Origin: Phallusia mammillata
Lineage: Eukaryota
Length of the DNA stretch: 64,000 bases
Assembly (NCBI GenBank): GCA_965637545.1
Contig: OZ281499.1
Span: 3,472,001 to 3,536,000, forward strand
Direction of reading: 5' to 3'
The notes beneath the pieces are model-generated. The model had not been told where the DNA came from. It searched no databases and saw only the letters and a list, made by a program, of their open reading frames with translations. This document shows positions 1-12,100 of this stretch, one piece after another. Numbering within the stretch: the first letter of the stretch is position 1; each line of letters begins with the position of its first letter. The position numbers were made by a program, and so were the translations under genes.

Positions 1-3000
1 ATTTTCGCATAATATAAAATAGTATATGATAGCAAAAGACTGTTTATATCATGTCAATTATTTTAACAATTAAAAAAGTGACTACTTACTAAACATTACA
101 GCAGAAAGATTAGATTACATGAATCGTTAAGAAGTACTATCTGTGCAAACACATATTAACTCGAGCCCGGCATAAAACAAAAATGCTAAAAATTCAATCA
201 AAGAAAACAACTGTTCCACCAAACACTTACAAGTTGTTTGGTTAGGTTTTGTAATTCTTCACAATACTTTTAAAGGCTTGATAACGCACAGCACAGCAAA
301 CGCGCTTATCATCTACTTGTAACTTTACTGAATCAAACATAAACGAAATTGAAAATTTAAACAAACAACCGCTTAAAGCAAAATATCGATAGCAAAACAC
401 TTACAATATGAAGCACCATAAAACCTTCTGCTGTTTCCACATCTAAGGTGTAGTTAGGTATTAAATGTAACGCCGCAAATGCGGGGACCGGCTGCAGCAA
501 CTCGGCACTCAGCGCACACAACAAAGGGAATAAGGAACCGTCGGCGATAAAACACGATGATTCATCAACGTTTCGTAAGGACCTGAGTGACTCACCGTCT
601 CGCAAAATATGAAAATCACATACACGCCTTTATAAAGGGGATGTTCATAAAATCCTTATTTTTCAACACTGACTAAAATGGCATATAAAAACTAAAACAA
701 AGAGAAAAACTAATACCTCTTCACTTGTTTGGGTACATGACAAACCAGAAGGTAATTCCAACTTAATTAAAGAGTTGCGAGCAGTCTAGCGAAACGATAA
801 AAACGTTAAAACGAGTAAAAAGTTCAAAACTCTTGGCTGCAAATGGTTATTTCGGAGCAGAACTAAAATCAGCTAAATCACTTTTGTTATTGGATACCCG
901 ATAACCTTTGGGGTATCCAATATCACAGGAGCTCATAGAGATTTTGCAAAATATCGGATTTAAATTCTGTAAAACAACCCTTTCTCATCACCAAAGCGAC
1001 CCGTAGTTCACGCATGACTCAATTAATCAACTGGCGCAACTTTACGGCGCAGCGAACTGAAAACGGATGCTAATTCAATTGTTTGCCTAACAGCATTGCT
1101 TGCATGCAAGGGGTAGTTACTTATTTTTACCAACCAAAAAAACAACATAATTTAACGGTTGGGCAAATGCAAACAACATCGCGTGAACCAACTACGTGAA
1201 CCATTGTAAACGAAAGGCAAAATGCAGCATGCTTTCGGTCGCAAAGTTTTAATATAATACCTCTCATTCCTAACATGGTCCTATTCCTAACAAGAATAAA
1301 AACGTATATAGCAGCACACTTTCAAACTTAAAAGAGTAAAAGCAGCCTATTGACACTTATATTTTTTAATTCTGAAAACCGTTTATTGGTGTTCGGTAAA
1401 AAGTTGACAAATTTTATGTTCTCAGCTTACATAGGCCGAAACTAAAATAACTGTTAAAGCTTATTACCACTAAGTCCATTAACATACCAACAGATTAATT
1501 AAGTAAAACAAAAGCCACCTGAAAGCAGTTGCATCTCCATAGTTTTTTAAATTGTCCTTTGCTAATTCTTCCTTTTAGTCTCCTTGCTGACAGAACAATA
1601 GCCTGTTTCACATGTACTTTATTGTATGTTACTGCTGCTTTAAAACAGTCAAAATAATCTAACTTACAGCGTGTACATTAATTAACCGCAGCACAATTCA
1701 AAACTATCTAAAAACATAGCTGCAATAAACCAGCCTTTTTGTTCAAACGTGTGACACAAAGAAGACATTCACTTGTTTCGTAACAAAGGAAGTAATATGG
1801 ATCAATGGTTATATTGGCGGGAAAAGTTTTTGCTTTTAGGGGAGCGTTACTGAACATCCATGTTGGACAGTAACTACAGTGTGATATTTTTAATACATAC
1901 ATGACCGATTCTAAATTTATGATTTTGACTGTGGATTGTTACTCATTTTAGTTCGGATAAAAACTTTTACCAAACAACTACGTTGCCTAGCGTGTGATTT
2001 CTTAGTAACTCTGAGGACTTCCTATATGTTGTTTATCAGTTTTGATTGATGGTGGTTTATAAACGCGCGAATAATCGTTCATAGTCCTATTCAGCAAAGT
2101 GCTGCAGTCAACATAGCTACCAAGATCTGATGATTTTTCCACTGTGTTGTTGGTGTTATGACAAGTAACGTACATACTTCTGGTCAAATAATAAATAGAA
2201 AATGAGAAATCCAGTTCATATAGCGTTGTGAACATGGATAAACTGATTGGTAGAACAACAAAAGTTCTTAACAATGTTCGAATTTCCAAGAGGTTATGTT
2301 GACCTCCTTTTTTTAATATAAATTAACTAAGTATTCGGAAATAGTTAAAGAAAGTTGGGCGTGAACTTTGTCTTGTGAGTCTGTCTGAAAAGTTACCTAA
2401 ATGTATAGTTTTAAGGTCCATTTATAGGATTGTATGAATAGGGTAATGTAAACATTGCCCCCGTTAGTATATCACAGCAGGGTGAAGCATAACCGTCCAG
2501 TTTAAAGGCTGACGCGATTTGGCTGTCCAATTTAACGTAATTAAGGCTGGTTAATTGCAATCGACGGTTCTATGCTGCATGGAGCAAACTCATCTAAATG
2601 TTACAAAATAAGAGAACCTTACAAAACCACAACCCTACTTTTGCAAAACGTTAAATAACTAATCCTGGTATATTACAAATGAACAAAACAATTAAAACTG
2701 CCTCAACTAGTCATGGGTAAACGATTTGCAACATAGTCTTTGAGTAAGTATACGCCGTGTAGATAGTTATGTTAATTTTAGGGCGCTGGCCATTCTAACA
2801 TGAGTTTGAATGAGTCATCAAGCAGACACACGTAGGTGAAGCAACCAAAAGTTCAGCATTTGCTAAAATATTTTAACAAACGCTATAGAAATTTGGATAC
2901 AAACTTAATTTCGCCAGTTTTTTCAATTTGACCTATTGCGAAATTTGACTTTAAAGTGCGTCACTCAACCATGTACTGTAATTTGATTGTGGGTTTATCA

Positions 3001-3032
3001 TGGAAATTTTTGTAATGCAGCCATATAACGTG

Positions 3033-3205
3033 GAAGTGGGAGTGTAGTTGGATTATAGTTCACAGTAACCTTATGGACTTCCGGTATTTGTTTATCAGTT
3101 ATGAGTAGCATAAGAGCTAAGTCATATTTGTAGACTCTGCTTCATGCTACCATTATAGCAAATCAAGCCATTCTGGTCTATTAACTTACGATAATATGAA
3201 GCAAG
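3033..3205 (+). promoter_or_regulatory. Putative promoter / non-coding first exon of the IAP gene
   Basis: ETS-type ACTTCCGG at 3077-3084 and GGAAGT at ~3032; strong donor GCAAG|gtgagt at 3205/3206; acceptor tttttacag| at 3555 upstream of ATG 3671. Confidence 0.35.
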
Positions 3206-3670
3206 GTGAGTGTTGGTGTAAAGATTTCGAACCAGACATAATGATTAACATTAATTCTCGATATCAGTAAATTCTCGAACAATAATTATCGATTTCAGAT
3301 TTTAGATTTCAGCATAGCAAATAGATTTTTGGAGGTTTTTTAAACATTGTTCTCAGCTACGTGTATGAGATAGACTTATCCAATGTTTCTAGCTAGTGTC
3401 TGTCATTGAACAGTAAGTTATTTCAGTGGTAGTCGCTAGGATTTCATCATTTGCACCGCATTTTTGTTTTGTCTTCATTTTTCCCGAAACGAAATCGTTA
3501 ATTCCGAAAGCATTACTTATTGGTTTTAAATAAAAATATTTCTTTATTTTTACAGAAAATTCAAAGATTATTGTGGGTTTATTATACTCAACCTACTGTA
3601 AGCAGCGACACTGACTAATTTGCGTAAAGCATTCATAAAAAAATGTCGAAAGAAATTAAATCTGTTTGAA

Positions 3671-6600
3671 ATGGCATCACCAATTTACGTCAACGAGAAA
3701 GAGAAGGTACATACACAGACTGTGGCTCAAACGGAACTTCGTGCTTTGCGAATTGTACTCTGCGCGAATCATGAGAATATGCCGGAAGACTGCAATACAA
3801 ACAAACACGATGCGAATAACTGCCACAACAAGAAAAATGTACCCTGGTCACTTTTTTCGCATGTAAGTTTATACTTTTTGGCTTTTAAACGTCTGAGCAA
3901 TTAAACATTTTTGTCATACATTAATTAAGTACACATATATACTTGCGTTGACGGATAGATTTTATAACTATAACCTATTTAAAGACATTTGAGCTGCATT
4001 TCTGTGGTCATTAAAAACTATGCAATTAGAAAAAGTTTTTACACCATAAACCTCAGAACTGGGAAAATTTGATTGTTGTATCCTAATTGCATTGTTGTAT
4101 TTGTCATTTACAATTTCAAATGCTGTTTTTAGGCTTTGAAAAAATTTACAGAAACGCTCAATTCGACTATGGACATTTGCAAGGTAAGCATTTTAAACCA
4201 GATATTTTCAGTCAAAAAGCCATTAAAATTTGCTTCTATTGGGCTAACATTTATATTCTACAACAGCGCGGTTGTTAATTGGGGTCTAAAATGAAGCGAA
4301 TAAACTAAAATGGTAACAATAATTAACATATTATTTGGTTTGATGTAATAACGTTTTATATATTTTTTAGAAATCCTTAACATTGATACCCCGACGTCAG
4401 ATCATTACTACGAGGCCTACGAGCAAGGTCCCAGACGCTGTCCTGGAATCAAAAGACAATAATGTTTGTAACCCCATTTTTTGTAAATTTTGAACAAACC
4501 GGTTCCGAGTTGCAAGTCGGGCCGGGATTTTTGGGCCGGGTTCAGGTTAGGGCTTAGGTATTTGTGAGAAAACGGGCTTAAAACGGGCCTGACTTTACGT
4601 TCCGTGTCCGCCATTGTTTTTTAAATAAAATCATTCAGCTAAGTAACAATTCTCTGGCTTTGACCTAATTCCCACCTTCCTCTAAAACGTATTGTTTACC
4701 CCATTGTCTACTATTGTTCATTGTGTTTGTTGTTTTTCTCTTTTTTCTTTCTCATCCTTTGTTGCAAGGCTTTCTTAGATAGAAAGCCTGTCAATCAAAA
4801 TTTCGGGCCTACACGGGCTTTGCAAAAGCGTTTCAGGTTCGGGTCGGGCTTCGGGCTTATACTTTCGGGTTCGGGCTTATACTTTCGGGTTCGGGCCGGG
4901 TTCGGGCCGGGTTCGGGCCGGGTTCGGGCCGGGTTCGGGCTCAGATTTTGGTCCCCTTTGCAACTCTGAACCGGTATGTACGTTTTTTGCTGTTTAGGCG
5001 TCGGAAAAAAATGAACAACCTGCAACGGATAGAACCGAAATGGTAATAAGCAATTGATTTTAGAATTTGTAAATCATGTTCTTTAAAACTGCTTATACAC
5101 CTCATAATTTACTAGCAAAAGTATGTTGGGTACGTTACAGCCATGACATATGTATTAAAATGCAGGTTATATATATACAAGTATATGAAATCCGCGACAC
5201 CGTCTTAATGCACTGCCCTGGAAAATCTGGACTTTATCGAGGCGATAAATGTGACCCTGCAACCCAACGAGGTAAAAAAAGTTTTTAGAAAAGAATTGGT
5301 TATTCTAAAAAATCTTAAAAGGCGATCTTAAAATATATGTATACTTTTTGTACAAATGAAAGCGATTTTTATAATTTTAATTGATTTATTGCGATAACGA
5401 TTGTAATCATTAAAGTGTATCCCATAAAAAGATATCCTACACAAAAAAATAAGATTAAAAAAAATATTTTTGATATAATGCACCATTTTTGAATGGCGAA
5501 AGCTTATTCAAATACGACATGCATGAATTATTAAGTTTCGAGGACAAGATTTTGAATTGTTTTAATGTGATTCGACTTTCGCCAACTAAACATCACCGCT
5601 GAACATTTATAACCCTATAAATAATTAAAATACTTTGCAATATAAAGTCGTGAGTTTTACTTTATCCCACGCAGTTTTGGCAAAGACAATGCCACATATA
5701 AAACCTTTCCCGTTTTATTGATCTATGCTATTTTGTTTCTTACAGAGGATGATTATCAACGAATGGACGATTTGGTAAAAAAGCAATTTTTGAAGCCGGA
5801 GGGAAGAATTTTAATTGAAACACGGCTGGGGCGGGTCCAGCTTCAGGTACAGCTCCAGCCTTATTAAATCTTACAAAGCTACTATTAAGCCACTTCTTTG
5901 TTTGATTTAGATGTTTAGCTTCACATTAAACTTGCCTTGAAAAACCTTATTTCCACTTGTAAATCTTGCACTCGTAGACTAAAAATAATTAAAAGTAAGT
6001 CTTGGTAACGCAAAAAGCCGACGTTTAGACTATTTCTAAACATGTTTGGGGGGCGTAGTCCGCCAGGCTTATTAAAGGGGTGATACCGAATCAAGGCGGT
6101 CTCCCAAGCGTTCCCACATGACAAGGCACAGATTAGAAAATAGCCTGCTTTAAATAGGATTCGATACCACGACAGGAGTCTTTCCGGGACTCGCGCTCTA
6201 ACTAAGCTACACAGGCTCACTGGTGATAGCCGTCGAAAGTCGAATCACAAACACCGTTGCCTGCCGTGCATGCTGCACATGTCAGCTTCATAGTAGGGGC
6301 TTGCCAGTTCGACCATATCAGCTAAAAAAGAAAACATCCATACTGCGATCAGACGATGCAGACCAGCGATGACGGCATACGCATTGCAAATCATAGTACA
6401 CCATGTCTGTTAAAAAGCTTATACCAAATCACGCCCGTCTCCCACGCATTCCCATTTCCCATACTTTTTTAGGTGATAATTATTGTTTATTTAACTGTTT
6501 TTGTTTACAGGGTGATTGGAACCCTGAAAAGCTGGACCCGATTGTGCTGACTGTTTTTAAACCCCAGTCGTTGCACAATACACTGATAAACTTACGGTAA

Positions 6601-9116
6601 GTTTTATCGTGTCATTCATGGCACATGCACGGAACTATTTTTACGTTATCCAAGTTGCCTTCAGCATAATTCGCTGACATTTTATTAAACCAATTAAACT
6701 CTCCATCGGCAATGATTGGTTGTCAGATTGTGTTGTGGACACGTTTAAGCAAAACGGTAAAATAACGAGGGTTTGTGTAAACACTGATTGGCTCTTGTCG
6801 GTTGACCAAATTACGGCCAAAAAACGCGATGTGCTTCGAAAAAACATTTTTCTGGTCTGCTCTTTCCAATCAACAAGAAATTTTGCAACTTAATTGTAGT
6901 TTGCTTGCTAAGGTTAATAAAGTTAACTTTACCGAGTGGTGTTTTAAGCTCAACATTTATGCGATCTGTGTTTCAACAAAAATCACTTCAGGTGTTTACA
7001 ACTCAACTTCGATTTGGCGATTTTGTCACGTGATTTTGGCGATTTTGTCACGTGACAAAAACTGTATTGTTGACATTTGACATTTTTCAGACCGTCGGCA
7101 TCAAGCCATTTTGAAGCAAACAAACTAATGAATTCACCTAATTCGGATACAGAAATTCAAGGTAGATTGATGTGTTATGTTGTGCATGGTGCAAATTTTG
7201 GGTTTGTATAAAGTTTGGGCTAGCTAGGATCAGTACGATGGATATTTCGCAGAATTGAGTTTTTTGACGGCCTGTTGAATTCTATGATGACGTCACAGTG
7301 ACGTCATGTATGTGACGTATCCGGGTCATGACGTGGTTCATTATGTATCAATATTGTTAGGTTACGTCATAGGCTTAGGAAGTTAAGAAAGTACACTAGA
7401 CCCCAAATTTTTGTTTTGTTGTTTTATTAGTATTACTTTTTTTCAACCAACACCTAACTAATAACTTTCAAACTGTTTGGTATCGTTGAGTTTAAGTGAA
7501 ATAGATTACTTACACCTGCTGCACACCAATGTTGGTAATCAAAAGGCTTTCTTTTAAAATTGTAAGCATTTTTTAGATCAGCGATTGGTGGAAAACAATA
7601 TTGTAGATGTTCCAACAAATTCACAAAAACAAAGTTCTGCAAAACATATTGGAAAATACCAAAACCCAGAATCTGATGAGGAGCGTGTTTTTACGGATGA
7701 TAATTCAATAAATCTGAAATGTCTTAAAGGTGATTTTTACGATACACCTGGTGTAAAAAAAGTTTAATGTATTTGCTATCGAAATTTTGCACTTATATGT
7801 ATTTTGACACATATTATTGGATGGTCATGCAAAGGGTATGCTCGTTGAAATTGGTGATACAGCTACAGATGCAATTGCAGCTTGAAAATAATGAACAATA
7901 CTGAGTGTGCAATCATGACCATCTATAGATATGTTGTATTGGCTTATTTTTCTGTAACAATTAGATGCACAATCGTCAAATTGCAACCAAAATGTGTCAG
8001 GCATTGAAAAACAAGTGCACGATGGAAAAAAGTTTGCAACAAAAGTCGAAAGTAAAGTGGAAGGCAACGACAATGGTGGTAACATCTGTGGTTTAGATGT
8101 TGTTGATAAAGATCAAGGTATATATTTTTTTGTTTACTGACTTGAGTTGTCAGAATGGATGTTTTTATGACTTTTAATGTTTTAGATGTCCAAAATGTCA
8201 CAAATGCTAAAGAATATAGCAATCATGATGATTTTTCACCACCCACTATTGGAGAATACATAACACACCGTGTAACTTTTCCAGTTACTGACAAATATGT
8301 GCATGAAGAGTCAACAAGTGATGTGGTATTGGAGTTTGTTGATGGTGTATATAACCAGTTCGTACAAGCCATGCAGATTTGCACTGACCTTTCAGTTACA
8401 AATTGGATTTCAGCTGTAACATGTTTCTTGCACAAGGTCAACGACTTGTGCATAAATGCTTATACCAAAACAGAGCCCTTGTCCACAGCAGAAGAAATTG
8501 GTTGCGCCATGCACATGGTGAATAATTTGTCTTTACACCAGTTCGAGAGGCTTACAACAACTGGAATTAATGTCAACAATGGAAGAAACATATTTGTTAA
8601 CACATGCTTTTTGTTGGCAAACCTTGAAACAGCCAGGGCTTTTTCAACCAACCTTGATGACAATGATGATGACTGGTACAACACAAAGTTTGACATGATA
8701 AGAAAGTTTTTGATTTTGAAAACCTCAGGTGTGTACACACATATGTATCTAACAAACTATAAGTCAATTCCTCAGTTCACTAAACTCAATATGAGACACC
8801 TAGTCTAATACTCATTCACTTGTTTTGTAGACAAGGCTTTCACAAAACTTCGTGATAACCAGGAATGGCTGATGAAATGTGCTACAGTTCTTGGTGATTA
8901 TCATGTTCTAGAGCAAATAGAAAAGGAGCAAAGGACTCTTTTGGAAAATTATCAAGTTCAAAGTTGCAGCACTGCACATAGAGAGAAAAACCGAGTAATA
9001 TTACCAAACCTCTTACTTTTGGTACAACTTTTGGTTACTTGTGTTTTGCTAAAGATTTTTTACTATTCATGCATTTACCAATTGCAGGTCGAAGCTGATG
9101 GCAACATTTATGACAG
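3671..9116 (+). CDS. 12 coding exons (~580 aa) of unknown domain content upstream of BIR1 (N-terminal extension of the IAP, or a separate adjacent gene)
   Basis: All 12 exons have pyrimidine-rich AG acceptors and GT donors and stay in one open frame. They include the 543-nt exon 8186-8728 (ORF-track 217-aa ORF, ...[42 protein letters not shown]...). No recognisable family motif. Confidence 0.75.
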
Positions 9117-12100
9117 GTTTGCATAAAAATGACTACACCAATGTAATAGCTTCGCTGATTCTGCATTTTGAGTATTGTTGTCTTTTTCTGAAGGGCCTGA
9201 CATTGCTGTACAACTGCGATTTGTACTGTTTTGGGTAAAAATAATTTGATTTTGTACAGAGCAAGAGATCCACCAGGCCAAAGAAGTGTATATATTCCAC
9301 CTGGGGATGCGAATATGGAATCATACAGACTTTCAACATTCATAAAATATCCACAGGAGGTACCAGTCAACCCAAGGCACTTGGCCTCAGCTGGGTTTTA
9401 CTACACTGGTTACAAAGACAGAGTCAAATGTTTCAGGTTAGATCAAATGTTGAAAGCTGGAACTTAGCCAAACGGATCTTTTGTTACAGATATAAAATTA
9501 GTAAACAGTGCCAAAGCTTATTTTTGCTTTGAACTTTTACCAAAAAAATATTGCTCATTTACATTCTAAACTAATGTAAATCGGGTGGAATTGTGGTTGG
9601 TCTAATGTTTTGCTAATTTTTTATCAACTTGCTGTTCTGTTAATCACAGTTTTTTATATTCCTTTGATTTTACAATAGATAAAACCTAGGAAAATATACT
9701 ACATATTTTTTAATAATAAGTAGGGGGCTTACCTAAGAGTTCTGGTTTAAAAAACTTGCAATTAAATAAAAACTTTGATTGAGTAAACAATGAAAATTTG
9801 CTGTTTCAAAAATAATATTGTTTTTTATACACAACAACATCAATAAATTTGATATTAATAAATTTATGTTTAAAAATAGTATTACAAGAAGAAAAATTTA
9901 ATAACAAAACATATAAAAATAAACTTACCAAAGATCCGCTAATTCTTGCAAACTCTTCCTGTCAAATTCTTGTAACCTTTTGTTATCTGACTCAAAGCTT
10001 AACACAGCCATTCGACAATAATGCTTACTTTGCCCGTTAAGTGAAAGCTTACTTACTCTTGGGCACAACAAGTGGCGAGTATTTTGCTCGTAGGTATTTT
10101 TTCTACCGCCATGTCCACGTACCTTTCAAATACTGCTAGAGTTTTATTTTTTGTAACTCCTGGCTAACACCAAGTGGAGGATTTTTTGTTTGCTGAATTT
10201 TTTTCTATACAATGTGTCCGTGCAACTTCAAATACTGCCATACTGCTTCCCATGTTATACATAATAAAATGATTTATATTCATACAGACATCAATATACT
10301 TTACCTTATGTAATTGTTATTCTGAAAAAAACTAAACAAACCACTGAATTAAATTTGTGAACAATTTTTTTTTTACTTGGAGATTTTATTTTATGATATA
10401 TCAGCTAATCAATATTTACTGTTCTAATACTGTTTCTTTTGAATCATGACCTGTTCATTGACGGTAAGATTGTAAATCCTTGTTTATGTTATGATATATT
10501 GATTGTGGGTTGCACTAAAACCATGCATCTTTTGGTACCTTTATGTATATGTACAAGATTTCCAAAAGGGTAAAGCCATCCAATTGTTTTTCTAGTTGTG
10601 GTTTATGCTGTGAGAATTGGGTGTTTGGTGATGATGTTCGGTCGGCGCAGTGGCATCGCAGTGATTGTGCTTTTGTGCAGGGCAGGGACAGTGGAAATGT
10701 GCCCATAGGTAACTTCTAGAAGTATGAACTTTCAATCAAAACCTGTTAACTAAAGATTTATGATCAAACTCTTTCAAATAATGTTACCTAGACAATTATT
10801 AAAGCCAATGTTTCAATCATATTTTTAAGGACCTGACACATTGATTCTCAAACTGTTACCATAGAATATGATGGTTTTAATACTATTTTAATAGACCACA
10901 TAGATTTTTAAACAAATTTTAGTGTTATATGTGGTGTAAACTAAAAGCTGCTACATTTGTTACAGAGGTAAAAACCAGCTTATGACTGTAGACCATTTAG
11001 AATTTATAACATGTAGAAATCTGTACACTGGTTTATTCAAGTATTTAGGCCCAGAATCCCAAAAGTTTAAAACCATGATGTTAGTACACAGTTGTATATC
11101 AATAAAATGATACTTTAATCTATAAAGTTTATTGAGTTTGGATATAAGTATTGGTTGTAAGTTGCTTGTTTGAATTTTTCCGATATTTGGTTTACTCTAT
11201 ACAGGTGGTGGAGGACTTGCTAGATTTATGATGCCAGCAAGATCACAGGAAGGGATCCATGCTATGGACACTGGTCCAGTAAGTAACAGACGATCCAACC
11301 TTTTTATGCATGTAGTGACCTTTATGTCATGTATTTACAGCCATCCAGCAATTTTACTGCATCAAGTGGCACAGCAAAACAAGTTCTAAATGCACAAACC
11401 CCATCTGCTGGATCAGTTTTGCTGTCACATTCTGCTGGTTGTAAGTAACAATTAGTGGACTGTGACCCATGGAATATTTTGTTTTTTGTAGAGTTTATTA
11501 ATTTATTAAAAGGCTTTTCTTGCTTAGAAAGTCAATCTGGTTGTCTGAACATTTATAAGTGTTTAATAATAGTGTGCCTGTAGTATAAATCTTCTATGTA
11601 TTAGTGGAGCCATCCTGTTTTACATTCCTTACAATTGCCTAAAGCACATTGTCATCTTATACCAATATTTTTAGCTATATAAACAGTTTTACCAAGCGTC
11701 AACCTTTGGGGTGAAATAATAGGTTGTACTTCTCAAGAATAGTGTTTTTTTGCTAAAGGAGTTTTGCTCTAATTTTATGCACATGACAGAATCAATAAAA
11801 AATCCACCTTAATGATGTCTGCTTTACACAATTTTTTAGCAAACCAATCCACTCCCATGCAGACAGCCCGGCCTGTAACCAGAAATCAACCATTGTTTCA
11901 GGTACCGCATGCATAATTTTTAACATTTTTACATCCTGTGAGAACGGTTTGACAGGTTTGTTATGTTTTACGTTCAAATTTTGAGCTGTTACATTATTGC
12001 ATGCTTTGGTGTATTTTATAGATTGTAGAATTTGCGACCATTCCGTCTGCATACCATGAAAACTTTCTGAAAAACCTAGACCTTAGAAAAGAGAGTGAAA

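Noticed and set aside
4087-4440. Alternative frame of exons 2-3 ([17 protein letters not shown] / [20 protein letters not shown])
   Set aside because: It looks protein-like, but the matching frame of exon 1 contains stops, whereas the phase-0 reading is open across all exons.
4721-5025. ORF-track ORFs with GPG/PNPAR repeats
   Set aside because: They are translations of the MITE subterminal repeats.
6143-6216. Functional tRNA-Ser(GGA)
   Set aside because: Missing D-loop GG, U33, the TTC T-loop and the long variable arm, with extra bases before the acceptor stem.
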